Positions 47,160-59,891 of a stretch of DNA of 64,000 nucleotides are shown piece after piece. The position numbers were made by a program, and so were the translations under genes. The stretch lies in assembly GCA_048013815.1 (NCBI GenBank), contig CM106586.1:806001-870000 (forward strand). Direction: 5' to 3'. The notes under the pieces were generated by a model, which made no database searches, was not told the DNA's origin, and was given only the letters and a program-made list of their open reading frames with translations. Positions within the stretch are counted from its first letter, which is position 1. Every line of letters starts with the position of its first letter. This stretch comes from Setoptus koraiensis (lineage: Eukaryota; Animalia; Arthropoda).

Positions 47160-47925
47160 TCATGCGTATGGTAACTTGTTGGTCAGAGTCAAATTGCCAT
47201 TTAGCTCTTTTAACTTGTTGACTTGTTCTGCTAAATATTTTTGATTCGCAATTAAGAGTATCTCATTTTCGGCAGTTGTGTCTATTTCATTGTAATGCAT
47301 GTTATCAACCACCACGTCTCTTCTTGTGATGTTTAACATCACTGTAATAGCCTCTACTTCTATATCACCTGTTTTAAAGCTGACGTCGACGGGTAATTTA
47401 AACACGGATGACGGGCAGAACTGACTGTGGTTGTGAATTGTTATGTTGCCAGGGTAGCAGTAAACATAGTTATATAGTTTGGTAACTACTACCCTCGGCT
47501 CTATGTCTGTTAGGCTAACGTTTGTTAACGTAATCCAGCGGTTAAGGGAAGGATCAATATGATCTTTTACGGTGCATCTTTCTGATATGATGTTAGCTCT
47601 CTCGTCTACGACTGCTTTCCTGCAGTTATGTACTCTATCGTAGAGTACATAGTTCTTACCGACATATCTTTTGAACTAGTATATATATCCCAGTGGTCGA
47701 ATGCTACTATCTGGTAAATTCTTGCGTGTGGATACTCAATAATTAGTGCGAAGTGGAGATGCAGACCGTTACCATTGCTGACTAAGGACGCTGAGATGAA
47801 CTCGGTAAACTCTGGGTTATAATTAACGAGGTCAATATCTAGATTTTCGACACGGAGATGATGTGTTGCATTCACATTCATGAAGTGGGCAACATCACGT
47901 GTCGCTACTTTACCTTGCTGAGCTT
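47160..47925 (-). pseudogene. Second env-like glycoprotein fragment (frameshifted), unrelated to the other env copies
   Basis: Beta-rich ectodomain-like sequence with Cys and sequons (NAT, NVS, NIT, NLT; YVYCYPGNITIHNHSQFCPSSVFKLP) and a C-terminal heptad-like helix. Confidence 0.5.
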
Positions 47926-48435
47926 GGTTGTTCTAGCGATTAAGTCCCCAACCGGATCTTGATGAAACTTCAGGTATAGGTCTATTTTGACCTAACTAAG
48001 ACGGAAAAAGTGGTCCGAAAGCCAGGAAACTTCCGGTTCCGGTTTTACATAAAGTTGAAGCTAGAGCTCTAAAATTCACCAGAGAGAGATTTTAAGCTAC
48101 GCTCAACACGTTGACATAATTTACAGCTCCGTGCGACTTCCGGTTCGCCAGATATAGGGATAATACAGGGGTCAGAAAACCGGAAGTGACCAAATTATTG
48201 CTCCGCTGCGCTCGGGGATGAACATGCGGGAGGTCTGAGAACTCGGCCTGGGGCCTCGTAATCTGGAGGCCGTCACATCTCCGTCGTCGCTCCCGCGACG
48301 ACTGCGTGCGACGGGAACCCTTCGGGTAGGGTTGATGAGCGCTTCGGATATCGGGCTGCGCCCTCTACCCTCCGCTCACATGACTGCAATCCAAACACAG
48401 CAGGCGGGAAGAGTGAACGAACCAACCAACAGAGA
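47926..48435 (-). mobile_element. MITE family A copy (left arm plus core ~48240-48395), truncated by a HINE
   Basis: GGTTGTTCTAGCGATTAAGTCCC terminus. Confidence 0.85.
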
Positions 48436-49497
48436 ACAAGTAATACTGATCAAATCAGTATTTAGAGCGCTTAATTTTTCATGTAGACGATTATCGTTGA
48501 TAATTAGGAGGAGTTTATGAAGACCTATTAGCGCTCGCAATCGATGAATTGATGCATACTTGGTAGCCAAGAGTACGAGAGATCTCAGCTATACCACTAT
48601 GTGCTCGTGTGCGGTATGCTATCCAAATTAATCGTTTGGTCGTTTCATACCATCTAAAGAGTATAACAAACTAGATCCAGGTTTCTCAAATTCTCACCAT
48701 AGTTAGATGTACATGTCTGCTGCCTGCATGCAAAAATTGGTGCACTTCTATCGGTTAGTTTTGCCACAATTAATGATTTCAATACATACACCAAGAAGCA
48801 ATGGCGTACTATGTGTTGAAGCGCGCGCTTCATGTGCGGTGTGCTATTCAAATTGATCGTTTGGTCGTTTCATACCATCTAAAGAGTATCACAAACTAGA
48901 TCCAGGTTTCTCAAATTCTCACCATAGTTAGATGTACATGTCTGCTGCCTGCATGCAAAAATTGGTGCACTTCTATCGGTTAGTTTTGCCACAATTGATG
49001 ATTTCAATACATACACCAGGACGCAAAGGCGCACTATGTGAATTCATCTAGTTAGCATCGCAGCATTGAGCGTGTTACTCTCGTCTAGTTTCATCTACAT
49101 CAGAATCAACAGTGCTGAGAAGCAGTAGTCATTCTGAGTAGCTTCTACTGTTATACAATCTTCTAGTTCTAACGCCTCTAGCTTCCAGTGCACTGAATCC
49201 GAATTGTATACAGCTAGCCTTTTGCTGTGCTAAATTCATCTAGTTAGCATCTCAGCATTGAGCGTGCTAATCGCGTCTAGTAGGTGGACGCGCATAGCAT
49301 TCTATGTGCTAAATTCAATTAATCAACATTGTAAGCTTTGAGTGTTCTAAATTTATCTAGTTTATTTCTCACAGTACAGCTTTCACCGTGCTATTTTTTC
49401 CTAGTTGAAAAAAGCACTGATTTGTTCTACCCACGTGAATAAACGTAGAGCCCAGAACCATCCCAATAGCTGCTTAATTAAAATTAAGCGCTAAAAA
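48436..49497 (-). mobile_element. Full-length HINE with an internal ~225-bp tandem duplication
   Basis: 3' ACAAGTAATACTGATCAAATCAGTATT plus AGCGCTTAATT; 5' TTAATTAAAATTAAGCGCTAAAAA; duplication 48625-49040. Confidence 0.85.
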
Positions 49498-49519
49498 GAA
49501 ACAAGCGGAAACCTAGAGA

Positions 49520-49910
49520 CATATCTCAAATTTTATTATCACACCAATTCGTTGATATTCAGGGTTAAAATGACCGAAACAGAAATCGATACAGGGTGTT
49601 GCGCGCACGTGGCACAGGATGGGTCCGCTCATCGCGACCGCACAGGGCCCGGCCACATCCTTTTTGGCGTTAAACAGTCATATCTAGGTAACCGGAGGTG
49701 GCAGAGGATTAATTTTGATTTCATCGTGCTCCGCTAGGCGTCATCTATTCGATTATGAATTTTCAAAGCTCATTCTCAATCTTTTGGTAACTCCGGAACC
49801 AGAGGTTTCCTGGCTTCCGGTCTACTCATTACATGAGATGGAGCCCCTATGAGGCCCATGTGTGAAGTTTCATCGAACTCTGAGTGGGGACTTAATCGCA
49901 AGAACACCCG
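49520..49910. mobile_element. MITE family A arm fragment
   Basis: Ends GGGACTTAATCGCAAGAACACCC. Confidence 0.7.
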
Positions 49911-50017
49911 ATTAATTGACTGTAAAAGGATTTTCAATTTCGGAGTTCAAATTGTCACCACCGAACCCCTCACAAATTTGACCTAGTCAAACCTCCATAG
50001 TATTACATGGTCACGTG

Positions 50018-50888
50018 GGGTGTTGTAGCGATTAGTGCCCCAGTCAGATTTCAATGAAACTTCACACACGAAGCCTGCAGGATCCACAAATGATAACCTT
50101 GGTGGTCCGGGAGTGTGGAAACTTCCGGTTCCGGTTTTACTTAAAAATTGAGATACGGACTTGAAAATCTCTATAATTATCGATCTAAAGATGCATAGGA
50201 AGATACAGCTAATTTTAAGACTGAAAAACTTCCGATTCACGAGACATTGGGTGGGAACCCCTGCAAGGCGGTGACGGGACTGAATATCGACCTATATGTG
50301 CGCTAGAAGAACCCGTACTGTCCACCACAAAATTCCGCGCCTCTTCCGTTCCTCGAGATTCTCACACTTGGATGTCCAGGTTCACGGTGAACAGTCCGTT
50401 CCTCTACTTACGGTCGTGTATGGATTGCAGTCATGTGAGCGAAGGGTAGAGGGCGCAGCCCGATACCCGAAGCGCTCATCAACCCTACCCGAAGGGTTCC
50501 CGTCGCACGCAGTCGTCGCGGGAGCGACGACGGAGATGTGACGGCCTCCAGATTACGAGGCCCCAGGCCGAGTTCCCAGACCCATCGCCTACTCATTTCT
50601 GAGCAAATCGAAGCTCTAATTGCCACTTCCGGTCTTCTGACGTCAAATAAATCGCTACATCTGGAAAACCGGAAGTCGAACAGAGCTAAAGATTATGCCA
50701 TCGTGTTCATCGTTGTCAGTAACGTCTCTCTGGTAATTTTCAGGCCTCTAGCTCAAACTTCATATAACACCGGAACCGGAAGTTTCCGCACTCCCGGACC
50801 AACTTTTCCAGTCTATTTGGGTCAAGATGTACCCGTACCGGAAGTTTCATCAATATCGGGGCGGGGCACTAATCGCTACAACAACCAA
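50018..50888 (+). mobile_element. MITE family A copy, core ~50420-50575
   Basis: TIRs GGGTGTTGTAGCGATTAGTGCCCC / GGGGCACTAATCGCTACAACAACC; no matching TSD. Confidence 0.87.
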
Positions 50889-50889
50889 A

Positions 50890-51823
50890 CTTTCACCTTC
50901 TTCTCGACATAGATAATCCCTGTCATCAATTTTCAAAGGCAGACATAAAATCATGTAATGATACGTCTTTAAAAGCTCAAACACGATGCTTATGTGATGG
51001 ATTCTTCGAAAACAGGCTACATCCAGTAATGAGAAAACTTAAATTATGCCTACCAACAGTAAAAGCGAAGAGAGAAACCTTCAACCCAATACCAAACATA
51101 ACTGGTATCTCAGTTACTAATCTGTTTAAAACAGAATTCCAATTGGATAGTAGCAACCGTTTCGACCAATTGAAAGATACTCTTGGTATTAGTATCGATG
51201 ATGACGCCGCTAGCTATATGAAAGAAGGAATAAAGGAATAGATAAAGTCCGATCTTATTTCCATAAGCAACGTCATAGCAGATGAACAGTTTATACACAA
51301 GTCTGTACTCGATGATGCAGATCCGATCTTACATGCATTTCATCTAATAGATCTAAAAACTTTAGCTACAGAAGTAATCTTACGTAGAATAATAATGGAG
51401 TGTAAATGGGGGAAAATGGCAATACCTAAGCTAGCTGAACTGCTTACCTATCCTGATTTAACTAAAATTGAAACAAAAGACACCACACTTTTGGACATTA
51501 CAGTTGATATTTTGACACAAAACATAAACTTTGTGTTTACAGCTCGTATGGAGGAAGATTACAGTGGTCCATACTCCAGTTTCAGAGCAGTTTGGATCAT
51601 TATAATTTGGACAATTGTTGGTAGTTGCGTATTACTCAGCGTGAAATGTTATTATGAATATGTCAGACGTAGTGGGGCTTTGAGAAGGCAGATGACAAAC
51701 GAAGTTGACATTGATAATTTTCAATATGAAACGCCTGCTGAGAATGAAATAGTGCAAACTGCACTAGATCGCACTACACCGCGCTACACTACACTATACA
51801 CGAGCATACAGCAGCACATATGA
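50890..51823 (+). pseudogene. env-like glycoprotein C-terminal part (stops present)
   Basis: Furin-like KAKR site, NIT sequon, TM (VWIIIIWTIVGSCVLLSV) and cytoplasmic tail; located directly before an LTR. Confidence 0.7.
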
Positions 51824-51832
51824 AAAGAGCGC

Positions 51833-52090
51833 TGTACTGTCCACGTCATATGAAAGACATTGTTTAGACTACCAATCATACGAGACGATCAGACATTATT
51901 TAGAATACCAATCATACGAGACGATCAGACATTGTTTGGACTACCAATCATACGAGACGACCACCGTCTCGTAAAATGTATCAATATCATTACATAAATA
52001 AACATTCCATCTAGCCCCTGAATATAGAAGAAGGGTGCTAGATGGAAAGGAGTTCAGTTTCGGACTCAAGAAATAAATAGTACCATTTCA
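51833..52090 (+). repeat. Putative LTR (TG..CA) with three ~40-bp internal repeats
   Basis: Purine tract GAAAAGAG before TGTACTG; AATAAA; ends TTTCA, followed by TT and PBS-like TGGCATCCCATGAGGG. Confidence 0.6.
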
Positions 52091-52092
52091 TT

Positions 52093-52108
52093 TGGCATCC
52101 CATGAGGG
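52093..52108 (+). promoter_or_regulatory. Putative primer-binding site (possibly tRNA-Arg-like)
   Basis: TGG-starting tract 2 nt after the LTR end; cognate tRNA not verified. Confidence 0.45.
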
Positions 52109-52439
52109 AGTAATAGTAATAGTCCAAAGAGGATATTAGTATGAATGAAGAAAGTTGGGATAATGACAATCACCCACATTTTAGACCAATAAGTGTGAAG
52201 TGGCAAGCCCAACAATACCCTTTAATACCAATGCGAATAATTCACAAGCATTGGACAGACAAGCAATGGTCAAAATATTACAACTTAACATTAAAAACTA
52301 TTGAATTAAAGTACGACTCGGAAGAAAAGAAGTTGGAAGAAATTGATAATCTCCGAGCATTTATGTATACCAATTACGGATACAATTAACAGAGATCAAG
52401 AAAATAAGAGATTGATAAAGGAAGGGAATAAAAGAATAA

Positions 52440-52580
52440 AGAAATAGTAGAAGCCATAAGTAGTAGTAGTAGTAGTATTAAGTAGTAGTAATAGTAATAA
52501 GTAGTAGTAGTATTAAGTAGAAGTAGTAGCTATAAGTAGTAGTAGTAGTATTAAGTAGTAGTAGTAATAACAAGTAGTAA
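52440..52580. repeat. Degenerate (AGT)n microsatellite in the retroelement leader
   Basis: Direct reading. Confidence 0.9.
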
Positions 52581-52591
52581 AAGAAGAAGAA

Positions 52592-53908
52592 ATGGCCGAA
52601 GAAATCCAAATAAATTTAGAGCATTTGAGAGAAATAGTAAACCCAGGTCATAATAAGACCGATAAGAAAATTCCCACGTACTATGGAGATAAGCAAGATA
52701 TAATATCTTGGTTAGAAACTTACGAATATGTTGCACGAAGCAAAGATTGGAATAATGAGAAAAAGTTGCTGAATCTACCAGCACATCTTCAAGATACGGC
52801 CTTAGAATGGTATCAGATGAATGTAGAACCTGCAATTACAGCAGGAGAGGTAATCATTTGGAATAATATTAAAGAAAACATGAGCGAATATTTCTTACCT
52901 TGCGGGTATGACAAATATTTGAAAATTCAATTGAGAGAAAGAAAGCAAAGAATAGATGAAAGTATTACTACGTACATTTCAAACAAAGCATCATTATGCT
53001 ACAAAATCAATCGAAACATGTCACAGGCAGAAATTATCGAGGAAATAGAAGCAGGCCTGACACAAGAATATAGACAAGCATTAACTATGTTCTCATGTAA
53101 TACAGTTATGGAAGTCCTAAACAAATTGAAACATTATGAGTCATCAAAACTTGACTTCGGACAAATTCCTCAATCAAAGGATAAGAAAAAAGAAGAAAGA
53201 GACCTTAAGAAAGAGATAGAAGAGTTAAAAAAGGGAATGAATAATCTAGCCTTGAAAGCGCAAAAGAACTATTATAGAAGTTTTCCGGTGAACAATATTA
53301 ACAGACCACAAGGTTCTAAACCAGCCTTAAATCAAGGTGAGTCATCTAATAGACAAAACAATCGTTCCTATAAACGATACCCCGAACGAAGAGAAATACC
53401 AACTTGTTTTAACTGTCAAAGAAAAGGGCATGTAGCGAAATTCTGCCGGGTTCCACGTCAACAAACCAATCAACCGACTTATAATAATCAGTCAAATAGA
53501 GTTAACCACTTAGAAGGGATAGAAGAAGAACAGGGAGAGGAGGAAGAGGAAGCAGTTAACCTGATTCTTCAAACTCCTGATCGTTTGCTCTACGCCCAAT
53601 TCGAAATGAATTATCACGAAACGGAATGTATGATCGATACGGGAGCCACCGTCACCTGTGTTGATGAAGAGTATTCCAAATACATTGGTTGCGAGATAAC
53701 TAAATCGACAAAAACCATGGTGACTGGCGCAAATGGCCAGAATCTCGATGTTGTTGGCGAGACCATGATGATGGTCGGATATACAGATACCGAAGGGGAA
53801 AACCATAACTTCGAAATTCGGACCGTTGTCGTCAGATTCTTAGGTTATCTGATGTTATTAGATTTAGACTTCTTAGCAAAGCATTTCAGCGCACAAATCC
53901 CATTATAA
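52592..53908 (+). CDS. gag: Ty3/Gypsy gag-protease (438 aa), truncated
   Basis: Retrotransposon gag capsid-like motif (WLETYE..HLQDTALEWY), CCHC knuckle CFNCQRKGHVAKFC, aspartic protease MIDTGA. Confidence 0.93.
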   Translation: MAEEIQINLEHLREIVNPGHNKTDKKIPTYYGDKQDIISWLETYEYVARSKDWNNEKKLLNLPAHLQDTALEWYQMNVEPAITAGEVIIWNNIKENMSEYFLPCGYDKYLKIQLRERKQRIDESITTYISNKASLCYKINRNMSQAEIIEEIEAGLTQEYRQALTMFSCNTVMEVLNKLKHYESSKLDFGQIPQSKDKKKEERDLKKEIEELKKGMNNLALKAQKNYYRSFPVNNINRPQGSKPALNQGESSNRQNNRSYKRYPERREIPTCFNCQRKGHVAKFCRVPRQQTNQPTYNNQSNRVNHLEGIEEEQGEEEEEAVNLILQTPDRLLYAQFEMNYHETECMIDTGATVTCVDEEYSKYIGCEITKSTKTMVTGANGQNLDVVGETMMMVGYTDTEGENHNFEIRTVVVRFLGYLMLLDLDFLAKHFSAQIPL

Positions 53909-54283
53909 AATTAGTTCCAAAAGGACACACCAGGGGGCGCTAACAAATAACTGGATATAGCGCAAATCCCCCATGTATGCACTAAGAAAAAGAATTGATC
54001 AAAGATAAGTGCAATAACGAATCTTGAAGGAGAAATGAAGGAGAAATGAAGGACTGCAAGGATGTGATGCAATATGACTTCCATTTTTAATTAAGTTGAA
54101 CAACACTTGTTGTAACACAACTGTAACTGATTGATGCACTGGGCATCAACTAGTTACTCTGAGTTACAAGTGGGTGAACTGGCACAAAGAGTTTGAAAGA
54201 AGAAAAGTGATGCAGCACAACTCTATTGATGTATTTGGTTACATCCGGCTTGAATTTTGCTTCAATTTTGTTAGCGCTTAATT

Positions 54284-54783
54284 NNNNNNNNNNNNNNNNN
54301 NNNNNNNNNNNNNNNNNNNNNNNNNNNNNNNNNNNNNNNNNNNNNNNNNNNNNNNNNNNNNNNNNNNNNNNNNNNNNNNNNNNNNNNNNNNNNNNNNNNN
54401 NNNNNNNNNNNNNNNNNNNNNNNNNNNNNNNNNNNNNNNNNNNNNNNNNNNNNNNNNNNNNNNNNNNNNNNNNNNNNNNNNNNNNNNNNNNNNNNNNNNN
54501 NNNNNNNNNNNNNNNNNNNNNNNNNNNNNNNNNNNNNNNNNNNNNNNNNNNNNNNNNNNNNNNNNNNNNNNNNNNNNNNNNNNNNNNNNNNNNNNNNNNN
54601 NNNNNNNNNNNNNNNNNNNNNNNNNNNNNNNNNNNNNNNNNNNNNNNNNNNNNNNNNNNNNNNNNNNNNNNNNNNNNNNNNNNNNNNNNNNNNNNNNNNN
54701 NNNNNNNNNNNNNNNNNNNNNNNNNNNNNNNNNNNNNNNNNNNNNNNNNNNNNNNNNNNNNNNNNNNNNNNNNNNNNNNNNNN
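54284..54783. other. Assembly gap (500 N), directly after a HINE 5' end
   Basis: Run of N preceded by TTAGCGCTTAATT. Confidence 1.
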
Positions 54784-54930
54784 AACAACGAACAAGTATC
54801 GAACGTCGCTTGTCCGATTGTTCTCTCTCTTTCTCTGCCATTTGTGTCTCCCTATTTTGGCAAGCCAGCCAATAAGCTACGGCTAAGCTTGTCTATGTGT
54901 GTGCGTTTGTAAAGTAAACTTGTGCCTTTC

Positions 54931-54932
<2 letters not shown>

Positions 54933-54966
<34 letters not shown>
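54933..54966. repeat. (GA)17 microsatellite
   Basis: Direct reading. Confidence 0.95.
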
Positions 54967-54971
<5 letters not shown>

Positions 54972-55907
54972 GCCAGAAAAGACTTCCCAGAAAAGAAATT
55001 GAGCTGTGATTGAAAAAAATATCTGCTCGTAAGATGTGTGCGTATGTAAAATTCGTTCGGGTCTTTAGCGCGTTGAAAATGCTTGTTGGGGCGACAAATT
55101 CGCGCGGATTGTCGAAATTCGCCCGTTGATCTGGCAACAGCATCGCCGATAAACTTACCGGCAATATTGCGGTATGTAATGGTGTATTGTATGTTATGTG
55201 ATGTCTAATTGTCGCCAGATGACGCCAAAACCATCAGTCATGATTTACAAGAGCAGAAAGTAGATGGGTGAATCAATGGCCAATCTACTGTTGATTGGCT
55301 TCGTCGCTCATTTCATCGAGTCGCCATTGGCTGTGACACGTTTGTCGGCAGCATCTCTGATGGTGACCTCAAGATCCATCGCCCAACATGGGGCAACAGC
55401 GACAGAATGAGCGACTCCTTTCAAGAGAGAGAGAGAGTTGTCATCATCGCTCATTACCCGTTCCTTGTTCTTGTTTTTCTACTTCCATTGTCGTCGCCGC
55501 TACAACATTTACCTGTCTCAGCTAGTGGCTTCTTTTTCCAAACTAGTCAACAGACGCACACAGAAAGAAGCTCCGAATTCTTTTGTTATTTCTTCAGTCA
55601 TGTTGATTGGCTTGTCTTGTCTCTTCTCGCCAACACCATTCATTGTATCTGTATCTCTGCTGACTGATGCTGATTGCATTTCATCTATCATCCCACAGCA
55701 AGTTCAACGACCCTCGCGTGCCACAATAACTGTCACTATAGTCAGCTGATTTGTGTTTATATCGCGAATATAACACAACATCACGTGCCATTTTTGTTGA
55801 GATAAACGCCCATTTTATTACTTACTATGAGATTCTTTGAAACTAGTGCTACTGATAAACTAATTCAAACATGATATTTGTTTATTGTTTTCCTTACTCA
55901 CCTAAAG

Positions 55908-57690
55908 ATTGCCAAGTAATGGCGCACAAACGGACCAACAACAACAAGCGGCTAGCTTGCCAAATATTCAAACAGGAAATCAACAACAGCAACAGCCCAA
56001 CAATGGAAACAACCAAAAGATGGCAGCACTGGCACAAAAATATCAGATACACTCTTTGCAGTCGTTGCAAAAACGTGATTCAAGCTTCTCAAAATTGGCC
56101 ACTTGTTTTGAGGCTCAACTTACCATATTGGAGCCAGAATTAACTGATCAACGAGACTATCAATTGATTGTTCAAAATGAACGCGGTCAACAATCGGCAA
56201 TAATACGAATGAGAGTATCATCTCCATTGTCGCCAATACTCATGTTAAGCTCGGCATTTATGACAATATTTGCATTGTTTGTCTGCTCCCTAGTGGCCAT
56301 GTTTGTAATTAGAAAGCGAAAGAAGCAACAGGAACAATTGGACGAACAAGATGCAACCAATAGCAATACTAACATCAATACAAACAACGGAAATGGAGTA
56401 TTGAGCCAGGAAAACATAAACACCTCACTAGCGTCCGCTAATGGCAAACAAAATGGAAAACTAGGTGGTGCCGATGCTTTATTGGGTGGTCAACAGTTGG
56501 ACAGTGTTGTAAGCCGACGTTCTAGACATGATAGCTCAACTATGGGATCCAATAGTAATAGTACAAGCCAATCTACAGCCAATTCAACGCCGTCTCCGCA
56601 ATCGTCGCCCCCTCTAACGGGAAACACTGGCATTATGAGTGGTAACCAAAATAAAACAGGAAGTGCGGCGTTGCGTCATCATCTTACATCGGCCTTAACT
56701 GGTGCAACAAACAATGTTAACTCAAATAATAGTTCTACTTATCAAGCAGCCGAATCAATTAATTTGTCGTTACATTCACAATTAGCAGATCATCATCATC
56801 ATCATATTAATCAATTGCATCATTTTCAGTCAGCGAACAAGTCATCGTTAGAGCAGCAGCAACAACAACAACATTCTACTGAACATTCCACTGAACAACA
56901 ACAACAGCAACAGCAGCAACAACAACAACCGGTGCAACGCAGTAGCACCACCAGCTCACAAGAGGGTCTCATATATGCAAATTTAGATTTCCACGATCAT
57001 CAGGATCCTTCAATGATTCATGTTGGTCAACAGCATCAACATCGTCAAATGGCGTCGCCTCAAAGTTACACAGATAGCGGTTCTATGGTGAGTCAACAGC
57101 ATCAACAGTCGATTCTTTTGGATGGTAACTCAGACAATGGTTTAGCATTGCATAATAATCATAGTCATCATCATTCGCAAGTGATCTCTTATAATGGTCT
57201 ATCAGTGGCAACACCATCTTATATGATGCAAGATCATTCGCCCAATACAAACAACACAAAAAATATTGCACAACAACAAACAAATGCACCTAGCTCTGTC
57301 GGCGCTACAGTGGCTATGATGAATAGTCAAATTCAGCAACAACAACAGGTATCTAGCGGAAGTGTTAACGGGGTCAATCAACAACAACAGTCAACGACAC
57401 CAGTAAGGAAACCTGGACCTCCTAAGCCACCCAAGCCCATTATTCACCAGAGGAGCAAATTTTATGGTCAAGTGGCGGCCGCTGGCGGTTTAAGCGAGGG
57501 TCTGATCATGAAAGTCCAACAGCAGCAACAACAAAACAACAATCAATCTGGAAACAGTATGACAATAACGGAACAACAAGCATCAAATGGCGCTCTATAT
57601 AATCAAAGTTCAAAGGATAACAGTCTGGCCAATAATGAAATGTCTATAGAATATGCCAGAATAGCATTTCCTGCCAGCGCCGAGCTCTAG
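55908..57690 (+). CDS. Fas3: Terminal coding exon of a host Ig-superfamily adhesion protein, Fasciclin-3-like
   Basis: Acceptor-like CTTACTCACCTAAAG just upstream; CFEAQLTILEPELTDQRDYQLIVQNERG (end of membrane-proximal Ig domain), TM helix, RKRKK stop-transfer, GLIYANLDF and EYARI tyrosine motifs, RKPGPPKPPKP. Confidence 0.72.
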
Positions 57691-58619
57691 ATAACAAGAA
57701 ACATTTATGCATTGAGCTCAGAGACGAAATTTAGACTATCGACACTAAATTGAGGCATGCAGTCTCAATTGAATCAATATCTGTAACGTTTGTATGGCAT
57801 CCGCTTAAACAATGGCCTCCTAATCAAACAATCCAGTCAGCAATTCAAAGACTAATTGTTGTGTGATGTTGACCAATCGTCATTTTGCTGCTCCACTCGT
57901 GTTAATCACCCCCAAAACATCTGACTAATTGATATATCGTTAACTGTCTCTTAATAAAAGCAACAACAATGATTCAGTGGCGACAGCAATACGACTTGAT
58001 ACAATTAATAGCTGGCACTGCTGTAATCTGATGAATGATGAATTTTATCTCAACATTTATGTCTACATGTGTGTAAATAGTTGATGAAATAGGAAGGAAG
58101 AGTAGAAGAAGAACAAAGAAAGAGAGACGGAGCAAGATGTAAATATTCTATATTATTATAAATATATTATATTATTACTAATGTCTATTACTATTATTAT
58201 TATTGTGTTTGTTGTTGCCTGCCTTGATAATCCATCTTATCATCATTGTTTAAGTATATTACACAGTAGAGGATGTTTTAAAAGCATTTCGTCCCCGTAA
58301 CAACAAAAAATCGCACTGATTCTAGTGTGTCACTTCATAGAAACAGATCTGAGTGAAAATAAAATGCAACGTTAGAATTCGATTAATTTTTCTTGTTGAT
58401 TTAGTTTCTGAAGTTAATTATCTCGAAAAGATGGTGTTGCTTCATTTCATAAGGAAATGTCCCTAACGTCGTGCCGGACTCGCAAAGCTATACAGCAGCC
58501 AACTGCCGTGACTCTAATCGAATAAAATAGTTGATAAAGACTCTGTTCCTTCCATTCCGAAAGGACCTCTTCCATATGAAGGCTCGAAAATCAAACGTGT
58601 TTTAGATCAAATTTTTGGG

Positions 58620-59644
58620 TGTTCCATCGAACAGTGACCCACTCCGATTTTCTTCAAACTCAACACAGGGGCCCTGGAGGGGCCCCGAAGTACAAATAAA
58701 GTGGTCCGGAAGTGCAGAAATTCTTACTTACGGAGATATGGAAAAATGGGGTGCTGTTCGGAAAGACGACACACTCCGATTTCGATCAAACTCAACACAG
58801 GGGCCCCCAAGTACAAATATGACAGTCCGGAAGTGCGGAAATTTTTACTTCCGGAGATATCGAGAAATCCATTTTTTTTGTCTCACAGATGCTTTTTACC
58901 ATATATTTTGGTATAATCGCACAGTTTCCACTACGATGTACGTGATTTCATTAGATTAGATCATATTTGAGAACTTGATCTCGAGAAATTCACTGTTTCT
59001 TATCTAGTACTTCCGGTCCGAGATTCAATGTGAATAGAGTAATCTGTTTGGCGTAATTGACCATTCAGGCTTACAACTTGAACGCAAGGCCGAACAGAAC
59101 CCGGCCCGATCGCGGGCCCCGCCCACTCGACTCTCAGCCCACGGGAAACAATTCTTTCCCGGGATGCGGGACGGCCCGTAGGGCCGTCACGAGGCAGGCC
59201 GTCAATCGTTCCGCCGTCGGCCGAAGGCCGAGGGCGTGGACGGTAAGCCGGCCTATGCGGGTGGGCCAAAGGCCCACCCGCACATCGTGGCACCTCCTGA
59301 GGGGCGCAGCCCCGAAGTGCGTGCTCAGAATCCCCTCGATGATACGAAGAGCCTTCCTAAGTTAAATCACTTTTATTCTGCTCCTGTGGCTGCTAGGGAG
59401 AATCTACTTTCGGTGAATGACCATCAGCACCACACCGGATGTGAATGCGGGATGGCACCGCCGCCCGTACCCCAAATATGCCGAAAAATACCTTAAAATA
59501 CCCACAAGGCGGTACCTCGGGTATCTCGGGAACGAAGAATTTCCGCACTTCCGGAATACCCTTTCTTGTCTCAGGGCATCATACCCTACCCAAAAATACC
59601 CAAAATACCCAAATCGGGCTGGGTACGTGTCCCATACAATAACC
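58620..59644 (-). mobile_element. MITE arm fragment (58620-58748) plus family B variant (58749-59644)
   Basis: Termini GGGTGTTCCATCG, GGGTGCTGTTCGG and GTGTCCCATACAATAACC; core-2 hairpins at 59090-59290. Confidence 0.8.
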
Positions 59645-59891
59645 CAGTTTTGCTATGGCATATTAGAACTTCAGTAGCTCCATTAGGGAGCGGGTTTACA
59701 ATTTTAGACAATAAATATTTTAATTTATCTTCGGTACTAACTAATTTTATATCTGTTTTTATTCTTATCTTACTTCCATTTATTAATCTATCCTTTAGCC
59801 CCCAGCAAAAGAGTTTAGAGGCACATATGCGGATTCGAGCCTTCCTATTTATCGCTACCCTGAAGGACGGAGCAGACCAAGGCCTACTACC

